Of a stretch of 64,000 nt of DNA, positions 43,872 to 54,777 are shown in pieces (the first letter of the stretch is position 1; every line of letters starts with the position of its first letter). The stretch is taken from the NCBI GenBank assembly GCA_001661245.1, contig KV454011.1, forward strand, positions 186,001 through 250,000, in the 5' to 3' direction. The position numbers and the translations under genes are program-made. The notes beneath the pieces were generated by a model, which saw only the letters and a list, made by a program, of their open reading frames with translations, ran no database searches and had not been told where the DNA came from. Origin of the DNA: Pachysolen tannophilus NRRL Y-2460 (lineage: Eukaryota).

Positions 43872-44801
43872 ATGATTCCATCTACTTTGTTACGCTTGAT
43901 TACCTTGTTAACTGTGGTTGTTTTTCTAAATGGAATAGATAGTGCCAGTATTGAAACCAAAAGAAGTGAAATGGTATTCCAAGAAGTAGATACTGTTTCT
44001 TCTGGAATCGAGCTAACAAGTTATTTGAAAGCGGCAACCTCTCAAAATGGACAAATTGGAGTTAACAACTCTTCACAATTATTTGTTGAAATAGATTCTG
44101 ATTTTTATCAAAAATTAGATACTTCAGCTATTCCCTACCCAATCTATATCAATGATACAAACGTTTACCTAAGTAAACCTTTCCCAATTGATACAGAAGC
44201 TCAGGGTATATTTGACGATTGGCTAAATGATAATCCCAACAAGCACAAGAAACCTTCCAAGACACCAAAGAAAAAAAACCCGAAAAACGCTGTTAGGTAT
44301 GAGGTTAAGGCAAACTCAATTTCCAATCCAAGGGTTGCTGCTGCTTTCCCAATTTCAGTTTGTCTTGACTCAACAGAAGGTGCAGGTGGTAAAATTGCTA
44401 AAACTGGTACTGTTACTATAAGTAGCGGTGTAAGCACAGATGTTAGTTTAAGAGATGCTATATTGGGTCTTTTACATGTGAAAGTAGGTTATTCCACAAG
44501 TTTATCGCTTTCATTTCAATTTTCATGTTCATGTAATCTGGAAAAAGGTGAAACAGTTCTGATGTATCTTGAACCTTGGCAAATTACTGCTGATACCCTG
44601 CATAGGAAAATTTACGAAACTGAAGGCCTTAGAGCATATGAACTGAATTGGTCTCCAAATTTTATAAGCAAATGGATAATAGACGTACCTCCAGGTACCA
44701 CTTGTATAACCACCAATTACTTACAATGTAATTATTTTGACCCAGATCTCGAATCAGATACTTTAAGTTACGAATATCCCAAGACACACATAGAACCTTA
44801 G
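43872..44801 (+). CDS. Orphan secreted protein (309 aa) with signal peptide, Kex2 KR site and Ser/Thr-rich beta region
   Basis: First ATG at 43872: MIPSTLLRLITLLTVVVFLNGIDSASIETKR; five Cys in the C-terminal half. Confidence 0.75.
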   Translation: MIPSTLLRLITLLTVVVFLNGIDSASIETKRSEMVFQEVDTVSSGIELTSYLKAATSQNGQIGVNNSSQLFVEIDSDFYQKLDTSAIPYPIYINDTNVYLSKPFPIDTEAQGIFDDWLNDNPNKHKKPSKTPKKKNPKNAVRYEVKANSISNPRVAAAFPISVCLDSTEGAGGKIAKTGTVTISSGVSTDVSLRDAILGLLHVKVGYSTSLSLSFQFSCSCNLEKGETVLMYLEPWQITADTLHRKIYETEGLRAYELNWSPNFISKWIIDVPPGTTCITTNYLQCNYFDPDLESDTLSYEYPKTHIEP

Positions 44802-45234
44802 GTACAATCTTTTAACATATTTCAATTCTAAAATTTTTTCACAATTTTTTTTGTTATATATATATATATACATATATATATTTAGAAACTGTTCTTAATA
44901 TGATTACAATAAAGACAAAATCTATGCTATAAGTAGAAATATAACAACTGTAGCCAGCAAATAGCAAATATTCGATTGTATTTGCTTGTATCATTTAAGT
45001 GTTGTAAAGCAGAGTCTTTAAAAGCTCTTTTGTGAAAATTTGATGTATGAAAAACAAAAAAAATTCTTATCAAAAAGAAAATAGAAGAATAGAAGATTAA
45101 TTGTTTTAATACTAATTAAATAAAACGTTGATCAGTGATAGTCAAGAAGATCTAATTATATACTTAGGCAGTTAATAATGGTGATTAATAGATTGAATCT
45201 GTATTATTGATAATTTTGCTTATGGAAAGAAGAA

Positions 45235-46476
45235 ATGAGTTTAAAGAACATAATGATACCCAGAATGAATACACTTATATGTTCTTCTTTTAGAATGCAA
45301 TCAGTAAAGTATTTTACTACACTTTCATCAAAGTTATTTCAAAATCATTTCCCCAATATTAAGCTTTCTCAACAAGATTATTATAACAAGATATTGTTAA
45401 CTAAGAGTTTGGGACAGAAAACCTCATTAAATGGTTCATCTAATTCCACTTCAACATATTTAAGATGTATAGAATTTGACTCCGATGGTAAAATGACAAA
45501 TGTCCCATCTGATATAAAGAAAAAAGAATTGATAATGAACCATGATTTACTTCCCAGAGACTTACGGAAAATTGATAAAGGTTATGATGATATTGTTCCG
45601 TCCATACTAATTAGACCTTCTTCCATATTAATCAATATTTTACATATAAAGGCTCTAATAAAAGCAGACTCAGTAGTATTGTTTAACCATGGATCTTCTG
45701 ATTCTCACACATATTCAACTTTTTTAAAAGATTTAGAGAGAAAATTAAAGACTCATTCAAAAGTAGCAGGATTGCCTTTTGAAATAAGGGCATTGGAAGC
45801 CATTTTTATATCTGTGGTTTCCAATTTACATTCTGAAATGAAAGTTCACACAACTGTGATAAAAGGAATATTACAAGAATTGGAAAATCATATAGATAGG
45901 GCTAAACTACGATACTTGTTAATTCAATCAAAAAAACTATCACAATTTGATCAAAAGGCCACATTAATTAGAGATCTTATAGATGAATTATTAGAGCAAG
46001 ATGATGAATTGGATGCTTTATATCTTACAGCGAAATTGAAAAATAATCCAAGACGTGGTGATGATCATCAGGAAGTGGAAATGCTTTTAGAAAGTTATTA
46101 TAAACATTGCGATGAAATTGTACAAACAGTGGAGAATTTGACGTCGAATATAAAGACAACAGAAGAAATCATCAATATCATTTTAGACTCAAATAGAAAT
46201 CAGCTTATGGTTTTAAGCTTACGGTTTTCTTTAAGTCTTTTGAGTTTTGGATCGTTGTTATACGTTGCTTCACTTTACGGAATGAACTTGGAAAATTTTA
46301 TTGAAGAAAAGGATTATTGGTTTTGGGTGATTGTTATTGGAACAAGTGTAGGCTGCGCTGGTCTTTTCAAATTTGGAATTACAAGATTAAACAAATTGCA
46401 AAAAGTTACTATGACAGGCGATGATTTGAGGGGTCCATTGTCAAATTTGCATCATTTGGAAAAACTCAAGAAATAG
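45235..46476 (+). CDS. MFM1: Mitochondrial CorA/Mrs2-family Mg2+ transporter, Lpe10/Mfm1 type
   Basis: LLPRDLRKID, LPFEIRALEAIF...SEMKV, EVEMLLESY, YGMN motif, two C-terminal TMs. By recall it is closer to Lpe10 than to Mrs2. Confidence 0.8.
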   Translation: MSLKNIMIPRMNTLICSSFRMQSVKYFTTLSSKLFQNHFPNIKLSQQDYYNKILLTKSLGQKTSLNGSSNSTSTYLRCIEFDSDGKMTNVPSDIKKKELIMNHDLLPRDLRKIDKGYDDIVPSILIRPSSILINILHIKALIKADSVVLFNHGSSDSHTYSTFLKDLERKLKTHSKVAGLPFEIRALEAIFISVVSNLHSEMKVHTTVIKGILQELENHIDRAKLRYLLIQSKKLSQFDQKATLIRDLIDELLEQDDELDALYLTAKLKNNPRRGDDHQEVEMLLESYYKHCDEIVQTVENLTSNIKTTEEIINIILDSNRNQLMVLSLRFSLSLLSFGSLLYVASLYGMNLENFIEEKDYWFWVIVIGTSVGCAGLFKFGITRLNKLQKVTMTGDDLRGPLSNLHHLEKLKK

Positions 46477-46606
46477 AGAAGTAATGATTTTCTACGGACC
46501 TCATCTGTATGATATATACATATATATATATCTATATATATCTATATATATTTATTTATGTTTCTATATGACTTTTCAATGAATTTGAATATTTAATGTA
46601 CAAAAA

Positions 46607-48964
46607 CTATTTTTTATTTCTGTTAGAAGACAGAGAGGAAGAAGTGGAGTCTTTTTTATTATCCTTGGTATCTTTATCATCAAGCTTATTTCTATCTTGA
46701 ATCTGCTGTCTAATATTATCCACTAAGGGCCTCTTTGAGACTAGCGAATCAGATGAAGAGTAGTCAAGACTGATATCCTTATCATGATCAACATCACCTC
46801 TGACATTGTGACCATTACCACCATTGCTATTATAATTCCTTCTACCTCCTCTGTCTTGATTATATGATCTAGAGTTATATCCAGCGTCGGGGTAGTACAG
46901 ATCTCTGTTATAACTTCTATAAGAGCTATCACCATCAAATCGCAGCCTTTTGCTAGGATGATCGTCTGGCCCGTTATTATTACCAGAAACGTATCTGGAA
47001 TTATAGTCAACTTCATATCTTTTCTGTTGAGAGTAGCCTTCTGGTCTTTTCCATGACAGCAAATGCTCCTCTGGTCGTCTTGATGGAATTTGAGCTTGCT
47101 CTTCTCGAGTCTTTAATGAAGGTGTTTTTGGTAAAGAAGGCGGTTTATTGGACAGAGAAGCATCAGCAGATGTCAAGGCAGAATATGGATGTTTTTGATT
47201 TGATTTTATTGAATCTTTATCTGATAACGGCTGTGGCTGAGGAGGAAGCTTTGCATCACTATTTCTGAGCGCGGATGGTCCAGTTGGTGGTCTAATATTT
47301 GAAGAGACGTTGCGATCATCTTGATGATCTGCTTGGTCATCGTCATTCGATGCTCTCCTTCTTGAAAACGGGTTTTCTGCTGCACCTCTATTTTGAGGAG
47401 GATTTGATGATGATTCACCTCTATTGTTAATTGCTGATAACGGTTCTCTGAGATTATCATGGTTATCATAACCAGTTGGCAGTGGTCTCTTATACTCGTA
47501 ATGGTTATCATCATTGCGTCCCCTTCCAAAATTTCTAGAATTGCTTCTTCCAAAATCATCTCTAGCTGGTGGGTGATATCTTCTCTGAGATTGCGAATAT
47601 TGGGGACCTGATGCCGGCTGCTGAGGAATATTTGGATATCTTGACCCAGAATTGACCAAAGAGGCTGGTCCCTTAGGCAAGGGATGGGATAATCCTTGGG
47701 GTCTAACTGGCCTAGAAGGTTGTGGAGCAGCAGCAGGAATTGGAGGGTGATAATGTTGCCTTCCACCAGCTGAGTTTGTAACTAACCTTTTTCTCTCTTC
47801 TCTAAATTTCTCATTGTCCATTTCATGACTTTCTTCAAACTTAGGCAAGTCTCCCGGTTTACAAGGTAATGGATTAACTTTAAAATAGATATCTTCCAAT
47901 GCATCCAATGCATTTATTCGTTGATAAGGGTCCAATTTGAGTAATTTATCCAATAAAGATAATCCTTCTTTACCCATCTCACTGAATTCTGTCTCTAAAG
48001 TTCTTGTGGTAGAATTAAACTGGAACGTTGAAGCTCCAGGAAGTTTATCATATCCGGGCCAGTTTTTATTGTTAGGCCGGCCTAATAGTTTAAAAATTAA
48101 ATGTCCTTGATCTGTATCAGAGCGACCTTGAAGAATAGGTGTCTTTTTAAACATTTCTGCAAATACACACCCTACCCCCCATATATCGACGGATGTTGTA
48201 TACCTTTGCTCACCCAATATCAATTCAGGAGCTCTATACCATCTTGTGACAACTAATCCAGTATATTGTCTACTATTCCCACTGGGCCCACTACCCAATT
48301 GTGGTGGGCGACCAAGATAATTTCTTGCAAGTCCAAAATCGGCTATTTTCAATATACCATTATGGTCAATTAAAATATTTGCTGCTTTTATATCTCTATG
48401 GAAATAACCCATTTGGTGAATATAATTAACACCTTTCAAGAGTTGAATCATAAAACATTTGATATGTGATATTTTCAAATGAACCCTAGGATTTTCTAAT
48501 AACCCAGACAAGTCGTAACTCATATATGGGGTGACCATGTAAAAACTTCCCCTTTTAAAACCCGAATCTAAACTTGATCCAACTCGTTGGTCAGCAGTTT
48601 CGTGTAACACCTCAATTAGTTGTAAAATATTTTCATGCTTCAATAATTTTAATATTCCAATTTCTCTTAATGCGGTTATGGGAAACCCTTCCTTATCATT
48701 ATGCACAATTAATTTCTTTAATGCCACTAATCTACCTGTCTTAATATGCCTTGCCTTTTGAACTTCACCAAAAGTACCTTGACCTAATTTCGAAATTATT
48801 TCGTAATTTCTTAAAGTACTCATACCCACAAAGTTACCGTTCACACTGCTATTCACCGGAGTGGATGCCCTTTCTCTCTGCCGTACTTTCTCATGAGAAC
48901 TCGATATTTTCATTTCATACTTTTCATCGGACATATTGGAAGAATTTGGGATCAGCTTATTCAT
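46607..48964 (-). CDS. SGV1: CDK9-family kinase Bur1
   Basis: GQGTFGEV, EGFPITALREI, HRDIKAANILI, YTGLVVTRWYRAPEL, FEESHEMD; long low-complexity tail. Confidence 0.92.
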   Translation of the reverse strand: MNKLIPNSSNMSDEKYEMKISSSHEKVRQRERASTPVNSSVNGNFVGMSTLRNYEIISKLGQGTFGEVQKARHIKTGRLVALKKLIVHNDKEGFPITALREIGILKLLKHENILQLIEVLHETADQRVGSSLDSGFKRGSFYMVTPYMSYDLSGLLENPRVHLKISHIKCFMIQLLKGVNYIHQMGYFHRDIKAANILIDHNGILKIADFGLARNYLGRPPQLGSGPSGNSRQYTGLVVTRWYRAPELILGEQRYTTSVDIWGVGCVFAEMFKKTPILQGRSDTDQGHLIFKLLGRPNNKNWPGYDKLPGASTFQFNSTTRTLETEFSEMGKEGLSLLDKLLKLDPYQRINALDALEDIYFKVNPLPCKPGDLPKFEESHEMDNEKFREERKRLVTNSAGGRQHYHPPIPAAAPQPSRPVRPQGLSHPLPKGPASLVNSGSRYPNIPQQPASGPQYSQSQRRYHPPARDDFGRSNSRNFGRGRNDDNHYEYKRPLPTGYDNHDNLREPLSAINNRGESSSNPPQNRGAAENPFSRRRASNDDDQADHQDDRNVSSNIRPPTGPSALRNSDAKLPPQPQPLSDKDSIKSNQKHPYSALTSADASLSNKPPSLPKTPSLKTREEQAQIPSRRPEEHLLSWKRPEGYSQQKRYEVDYNSRYVSGNNNGPDDHPSKRLRFDGDSSYRSYNRDLYYPDAGYNSRSYNQDRGGRRNYNSNGGNGHNVRGDVDHDKDISLDYSSSDSLVSKRPLVDNIRQQIQDRNKLDDKDTKDNKKDSTSSSLSSNRNKK

Positions 48965-49180
48965 TTAAATGATAACCAACACAAGGACTCAACAGACTGT
49001 GAAATAAATAAAAATAAAAAAATTAAAAAATAAAAAATATTTAAAGAAAATCAAGAAAAAAAAACGAAAAATTTAAATATTATGTTTCTCTATAGTATCT
49101 CGTCCCTCTTTTAAATCAACAAAACCAAGTAACACAGTTAAATACAGCTCAATTATTATGTCTATAAACTAACAGAGTCC

Positions 49181-49211
<31 letters not shown>

Positions 49212-49433
49212 TTGATACAATGAATACTGTTATCATCTTGGTACTTGTTCAGATTAAGTTGAAGGACTTTTGACAATAAAAAAAATTATTTTTACGTGTA
49301 AATAAAATCAAAAAAAAATCTGGCGGTGACACGTCACTTTTTATAGTGACATAGGAAGTGTCACGCCAAACGACAAGAACACTAGCACCAGTTAGCACCA
49401 GTTAGCACCAGCAGCAGCACTAGCAGCAGACTT

Positions 49434-50720
49434 TTACCATCCTCTCCATGGCACCCAGATATCTACAACAACATCGCTTCCATCTACAATATAGTACCAC
49501 GGGTATTGAGCAGCCGTTATGCAAGAATGCTGAGGAACAATTCTAAGTTTAGTTCCTAACGGAATAAATTCAGTTTTGATGTTCTCATCCAAAGGTACCA
49601 AGATACCATGTTCTTGACTTATTCTTCCAACTATCCAGTTTTCATAGCCTTTTGGATCTGTTATTCTTCCGTGTCCTGGTAAAGGTCCTGATTCTCTACT
49701 TAAAGCGAGAACGCCTGCATTGATTAGCTGTTCTCCCGGTGGTTTATCACCTCTATTGGGGTAAAACGATACAATCTCAGCAAGTACACTCACAGAAACA
49801 TCATCTATATTCACCAATCCGGTGGCCACTTGTTGTAAGTCACAACAAGGATAGTTACCTGCATGTAATTCTAGAATACCAGATAATTTTTCACCCAATT
49901 TTTCTTCTATTTCCAGAACTGATATGAATGAAGAAGAATGAGCTGTTGGTGTTGCACCTACTGATATTTGGAAACTCATGGGATCTTGACTAGGATCTAT
50001 TTCAAGAGCAGTCTTGGCGGCTTTATTAGCATGGCGTATTTCATCTATAAGAATCTTCTTTGCAGTTTCAACGGTCTTAGAACCATAAGAATGTCCAGCA
50101 TGACAATAAAACCCATAAACAGATATACATTTTTTGTACTTTTCCTGAGTCAAAGCCCTTGTCAATGTTTCTCTTAAAAAAATTGAATCATTGACTAATC
50201 CAGCACGATCACTTCCCATATTAATCTTTATAAAAATTGACCATTTCTTAGTGACATTTGAATTTTGCTCAAAAAATTCAGACAATACATCCAATTGTTC
50301 TGCATTATCCAACATCAACCTTAAATTAGGAACTTGGGTAGCCAAATCGGCCAATTCAGCCAATCTTGATTTCACAACAGGTAAACTGAATAAGATATCA
50401 TTGATCAAACCTTGTTGAACCAAGGGAATTAAGTTCCAAGCTTCCATTAAAGTAGAAACTACAATCTTGTCCGTTTTAAAATTTTTGGTCTTTAATTGTA
50501 AAGCAACTCCCTCACTTGTTTTATGAGTCTTGACATGAGCCCTAAACTCAACTTTCAATTTCAGTGCATTCTCAAGCATTCGACAAGCATTTTGGGCAAA
50601 TTTACTTTTATCGATAATATAAGCTGGAGTCGCCAACTCGTCCAATTTTTTACCCTTGAATTCCTTCAATAAAATACCTTTATTGGGTAATGTTGTCAAT
50701 GATGATGAATATAGCGGCAT
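49434..50720 (-). CDS. DSD1: D-serine dehydratase (fold-type III PLP, Zn-dependent)
   Basis: FRAHVKTHKT (PLP lysine), YCHAGHSY, ISVGATPT, ELHAGNY..CDLQQ, SQEHG, PQHSCITAA. Confidence 0.9.
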   Translation of the reverse strand: MPLYSSSLTTLPNKGILLKEFKGKKLDELATPAYIIDKSKFAQNACRMLENALKLKVEFRAHVKTHKTSEGVALQLKTKNFKTDKIVVSTLMEAWNLIPLVQQGLINDILFSLPVVKSRLAELADLATQVPNLRLMLDNAEQLDVLSEFFEQNSNVTKKWSIFIKINMGSDRAGLVNDSIFLRETLTRALTQEKYKKCISVYGFYCHAGHSYGSKTVETAKKILIDEIRHANKAAKTALEIDPSQDPMSFQISVGATPTAHSSSFISVLEIEEKLGEKLSGILELHAGNYPCCDLQQVATGLVNIDDVSVSVLAEIVSFYPNRGDKPPGEQLINAGVLALSRESGPLPGHGRITDPKGYENWIVGRISQEHGILVPLDENIKTEFIPLGTKLRIVPQHSCITAAQYPWYYIVDGSDVVVDIWVPWRGW

Positions 50721-51214
50721 GGTCCTAATTCAATTGATTATGGTTTCTTGGTATTATTCAATGAAAAGCTCATGATTAATACTTCAAAATTCGCTTCTTT
50801 TTTGTTTTTTGTTTTTTCTGTTTGGTGGGGTAGGGGACCGGAAAAACACTAAAATTTTCACTTCTTCACCCGTGATGTCGGCAAAAAAAGATTCTTATCT
50901 CTACCGCCCGTTTGCCGTGGAGGTGGCTCGTTGTTCCTGCCTAATTTTTTCTAAAAATTCTACCAGCTGCCGCCTGGTTGCCCTTTGAAATACCCCCTTT
51001 CTCCCCCTATGAAGAAAAGAACTAAAGATGGGAAAGATAGGCCTGAAAGCATTAAGATGGAAAAATGATTTGCACTTTTAGTGATAAGGAAGCACTAAGA
51101 GAATATAATTGATATCTCAGTAAAAGCTACTTAAAGAGAAAGAAGAAAAGTTATTTTTTTATTTTTTTTTTGTGAGTTGTGAATTGTTAAATATTTGCAA
51201 GATATAGGGGGAAA

Positions 51215-52294
51215 ATGAACCAACACATTTTACAAGCAGATTATTCCTTTGCAGGTGGTGTCCCCGCTACCCCTTTTAAAATTCATGATTCAATTTCAAG
51301 TAGGATAGATAAAGAGTATGTTCAATTTTTTGATGAGCACTTGACTGAAAATGCGAATATTCTTTATACACATCGGGTTCCTCTAACAGAAATCAGAAAA
51401 GGTGGGAATGTTATGCCTGGTCAATCGCCATTGAGTTCTATCGCTAAAACATTTGATATTGAAATTTTACGGGAATTTATTAAAGAAGAGGCTTTCTCTG
51501 CACCAATTCCTGCAAGAGTCTTTGTCCCCATGGGTGAGAAACCAAAAGAAGGTTGGCCTTTATTTATTTGGTTTCATGGTGGTGGTTGGGTCTTGGGTAA
51601 TATAAGTACTGAAAATTCATTTTGTACAAAAATTGCATCGTTATCGAAATGTATTGTTATGAGTGTTGACTATAGATTAGCACCTGAGAATCCATTCCCT
51701 GCAGCTGTTAATGATGCATATGAAGCATTATTGTATGGTTTTGGGAAAGCTACTTCCGAACTAGGTATTAATCCAAGAAAGATAGCTATTGGTGGATCCT
51801 CTGCAGGTGGTAATTTAACAGCTGTTATTACTCATAAATTTTCCAACTCGACTTTTGCCGATATCTTCCCACCAGTGGTTTTCCAGCTATTGGTTGTCCC
51901 CGTTACTGATAACTCTGCTACTCCTGAGTCTCAACCTTCTTGGAAAGAAAATGAATTTACTCCACAATTACCTGCCGAGAAAATGCTTTGGTATAGAAAA
52001 TTATACCTACCAAATGGAGATGAAGATTTACAAAACCCAGAAGCTTCACCTTTATTTTATCCAGACAACAGTTTTACAAAACTTCCTCCATGCTTGATCT
52101 TAGCTGCAGAATGCGATGTACTAAGATCTGAAGCTGAAGCCTATAATGAAAAATTAATTAAAAACGGAATAAATTCGAAAATCATTATTTACTCCGGTGT
52201 ACCACATCCAGTTATGGCCATGGATGCTGTTTTACAAAAAGGAAGAGATCTAGGTAAAGATGCCGCGGATGCGATTCGTGATGCCTTCTATTAA
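51215..52294 (+). CDS. HSL-family alpha/beta hydrolase (esterase/lipase)
   Basis: HGGGW oxyanion motif, VDYRLAPENPFPAA, GGSSAGG nucleophile, ECDVL (Asp), GVPH (His). Confidence 0.9.
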   Translation: MNQHILQADYSFAGGVPATPFKIHDSISSRIDKEYVQFFDEHLTENANILYTHRVPLTEIRKGGNVMPGQSPLSSIAKTFDIEILREFIKEEAFSAPIPARVFVPMGEKPKEGWPLFIWFHGGGWVLGNISTENSFCTKIASLSKCIVMSVDYRLAPENPFPAAVNDAYEALLYGFGKATSELGINPRKIAIGGSSAGGNLTAVITHKFSNSTFADIFPPVVFQLLVVPVTDNSATPESQPSWKENEFTPQLPAEKMLWYRKLYLPNGDEDLQNPEASPLFYPDNSFTKLPPCLILAAECDVLRSEAEAYNEKLIKNGINSKIIIYSGVPHPVMAMDAVLQKGRDLGKDAADAIRDAFY

Positions 52295-52815
52295 TTAGCC
52301 TCAAACTCCCATTCCCAGTCCCATTCCAATTCCCTTTTCCAGTTCTATCAACTAAATCTGATAAAGAAGTAACCCGTTCGGCTATGTCGCATGAAATCTT
52401 ACTCTTACTAATAACAATACCATGTCATTTTGTCGTTATTTTTTTTTTATTTTATTTTCCCACCTCTGTCGTGTGTCATTTTGTATTCTTTTTTAAAATT
52501 CCTTGGCCGTCAAATAACGTGCAAGGTAACAAACGACATATGTAATAAATAAACTGTTAGAATCGAACCAACGAATATGAATGGCCAAATTCGTTGAGAG
52601 TACCAATTTTTGTAGTTCATTCAGCCTCGCTTTTAAAGTATTAATATTATTTAGACTTTTTCGGAAGTATTCGACTGCATCTTTTATTGTATGAGTATAT
52701 TAAGATCTAATTTCGCTTTAAAATAGGAAAAAAAAAAAGAAAATTTTTATCTTTTTGATCAGTTAAAAGAAAATATATTAATAAAATATAATATAATATA
52801 ACAATTTGATTGATT

Positions 52816-54147
52816 ATGTTTGCACTAGAGAACTATTTTTCTGCGCAAGCTTTCTTTATCATATTGAGAGAGACTTTAGAGTCTGCAATAATTGTTTCTG
52901 TGTTGTTGGCTTTTTTGAAACAAAGTTTGTTATCGTATAATCATCAAACAGTTGATCATAACGGCGGTAATGTTCAAGCGCCATCACGTGCGGATGTGAA
53001 TGAAGATCAAGATGAAGATGAGGTTGCACTTCGATATGAACTTAATGAAACTTTGTATAAGAAGTTGAGACTTCAAGTATGGCTTGGTAGTTTTGCTGGT
53101 CTTTTTCTTTGTTTAATGATTGGAGGTTTATTTATAGTTGCTTTTTACTTATTCGAAACAGATTTATGGTCTTTAACGGAACATTATTGGGAAGGAGCTT
53201 TTAGTGTATTTGCCTCGGTGGTAATATCAGTTTTAGGATTAGCTATGTTAAGATTGAATAAGTTAAGAGATAAATGGACTATTAAATTATCCAAATTATT
53301 GTTGGCTAATCATACTACAATTAGTAATAGTTTAGAAAATTCTCCTGAAAATATGGGGAATACTAATACAACAATTACAAATAATAGTTTCAATAATCCT
53401 ATTAAGGAAAATAAATCCAATAATTTCATAAACTTTACGGAAAAATATTCAATGTTTTTTTTGCCATTTATAACAACTTTAAGAGAAGGTTTAGAAGCAG
53501 TGGTATTTATTGGAGGTATCGGAATTAATTCACCATTATCTTCGATTCCTTTATCTTTAATTTTAGGAGTCCTTTTTGGAGTAGCAATAGGAATATTCTT
53601 ATATAAGAGTGGTGATTCTATGCCTTTGAAAATTTTCTTAATCTTATCAACTTGTTTCTTATATTTAGTTGCTGCAGGTTTGTTTTCAAAAGGTATTTGG
53701 CAATTTGAACTTCAACATTATATAAACCTTTGTAACGGTCAAGATATGTCAGAAGTTGGCTCTGGACCAGGTTCTTATGATGTTACAAACTCCATATGGC
53801 ATGTAAATTGTTGTAATGGTGAAATTGATGGGGGTTGGATGTTATTCAGTGCTATTTTAGGTTGGACCAATAGTGCAACTTATGGTTCCTTTTTTGGTTA
53901 TATTCTGTATTGGATCTGTGTTATTGTTGTATTAAAAGGATTATTATACGAAGAAAGAAATGGAATATTGCCATTTATCCCAATTAAATGGCAAAAGAAG
54001 AGAATGGGTAAAAGATTGAACTTTATGAGATTGGCTCAAAAAGTTAGTGACTCAAATAGCCCACTAAATCTCAGTAATTTAAATCAAACTATCAATATTA
54101 ATAATGATAGACCATCTTTAGATAGTTCTACTCCGTTGATACCATAG
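52816..54147 (+). CDS. FTH1: Ftr1-family iron permease, vacuolar Fth1 type
   Basis: REXLE motifs RETLE and REGLE; MFALENYFS start; GSGPGSYD, WHVNCCNG, LGWTNSATYGS; ATG at 52816. Confidence 0.88.
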   Translation: MFALENYFSAQAFFIILRETLESAIIVSVLLAFLKQSLLSYNHQTVDHNGGNVQAPSRADVNEDQDEDEVALRYELNETLYKKLRLQVWLGSFAGLFLCLMIGGLFIVAFYLFETDLWSLTEHYWEGAFSVFASVVISVLGLAMLRLNKLRDKWTIKLSKLLLANHTTISNSLENSPENMGNTNTTITNNSFNNPIKENKSNNFINFTEKYSMFFLPFITTLREGLEAVVFIGGIGINSPLSSIPLSLILGVLFGVAIGIFLYKSGDSMPLKIFLILSTCFLYLVAAGLFSKGIWQFELQHYINLCNGQDMSEVGSGPGSYDVTNSIWHVNCCNGEIDGGWMLFSAILGWTNSATYGSFFGYILYWICVIVVLKGLLYEERNGILPFIPIKWQKKRMGKRLNFMRLAQKVSDSNSPLNLSNLNQTININNDRPSLDSSTPLIP

Positions 54148-54410
54148 AAGATAAAGATATGAAAAAAAAAAAGGAAAAAAAAGGCAAAATAAGGAAAAAG
54201 TCATGGGAGATAAAATACCATTTTTTAGTTAATTAGCATTTAAGGTGTGTTATATAATATATTAAATTCTTTACTTTTCTTTACGGTGTTTAAATGTTAA
54301 ATTTATTGCAATTAATTCAAATTTATTACCAATAATATAGAGTGAGTGGTAAAAACTGTATGGGTAAAAATAGATAAAATAAAATAATAATAATAAAAAA
54401 AAAATTAAAG

Positions 54411-54482
54411 CTCCGCGACGGGGAATTGAACCCCGGTCTACCACGCGACAAGCGGTAATTCTAGCCACTAAACTATCACGGA
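54411..54482 (-). tRNA. tRNA-Asp(GTC)
   Basis: Reverse complement TCCGTGATAGTTTAGTGGCTAGAATTACCGCTTGTCGCGTGGTAGACCGGGGTTCAATTCCCCGTCGCGGAG folds as a cloverleaf; T-run downstream. Confidence 0.96.
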
Positions 54483-54705
54483 CAATTAATTATTTGTTGC
54501 AATCTCAGTTGTCTAGTTCACGTGGGCTTACCACCAAATGAAAGATAATTGTATTACTTTCTTTTTTTTTATCTTTTTATTTAATTAGTTAGATATTGTT
54601 CCAGCAATTAACTTTAAAGAAGAAAATGAACATTGGTAGTTTAGGAAAAAAACCGTTGGTTCGTAAATTTTGTTAAAGAAAAAGTGAACTGTTGATAAAT
54701 AAGAA

Positions 54706-54777
54706 GCCGTTATGGCCAAGTGGTAAGGCACCGCACTTGTAATGCGGCGATCCGCGGTTCAATCCCGCGTGACGGCA
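54706..54777 (+). tRNA. tRNA-Thr(TGT)
   Basis: GCCGTTA/TGACGGC acceptor; CCGCA-CT-TGT-AA-TGCGG anticodon arm; CGCGG TTCAATC CCGCG T arm; poly-T terminator. Confidence 0.96.

Noticed and set aside
45045..45135. Possible 5' UTR intron of MFM1 (GTATGA...TACTAAT...CAG)
   Set aside because: The signals are degenerate and there is no reading-frame constraint to test them; needs RNA-seq.
54271..54468. 65-aa ORF beginning MARITACRVVDRGSIP
   Set aside because: It is a translation of the tRNA-Asp gene and its T-rich flank.
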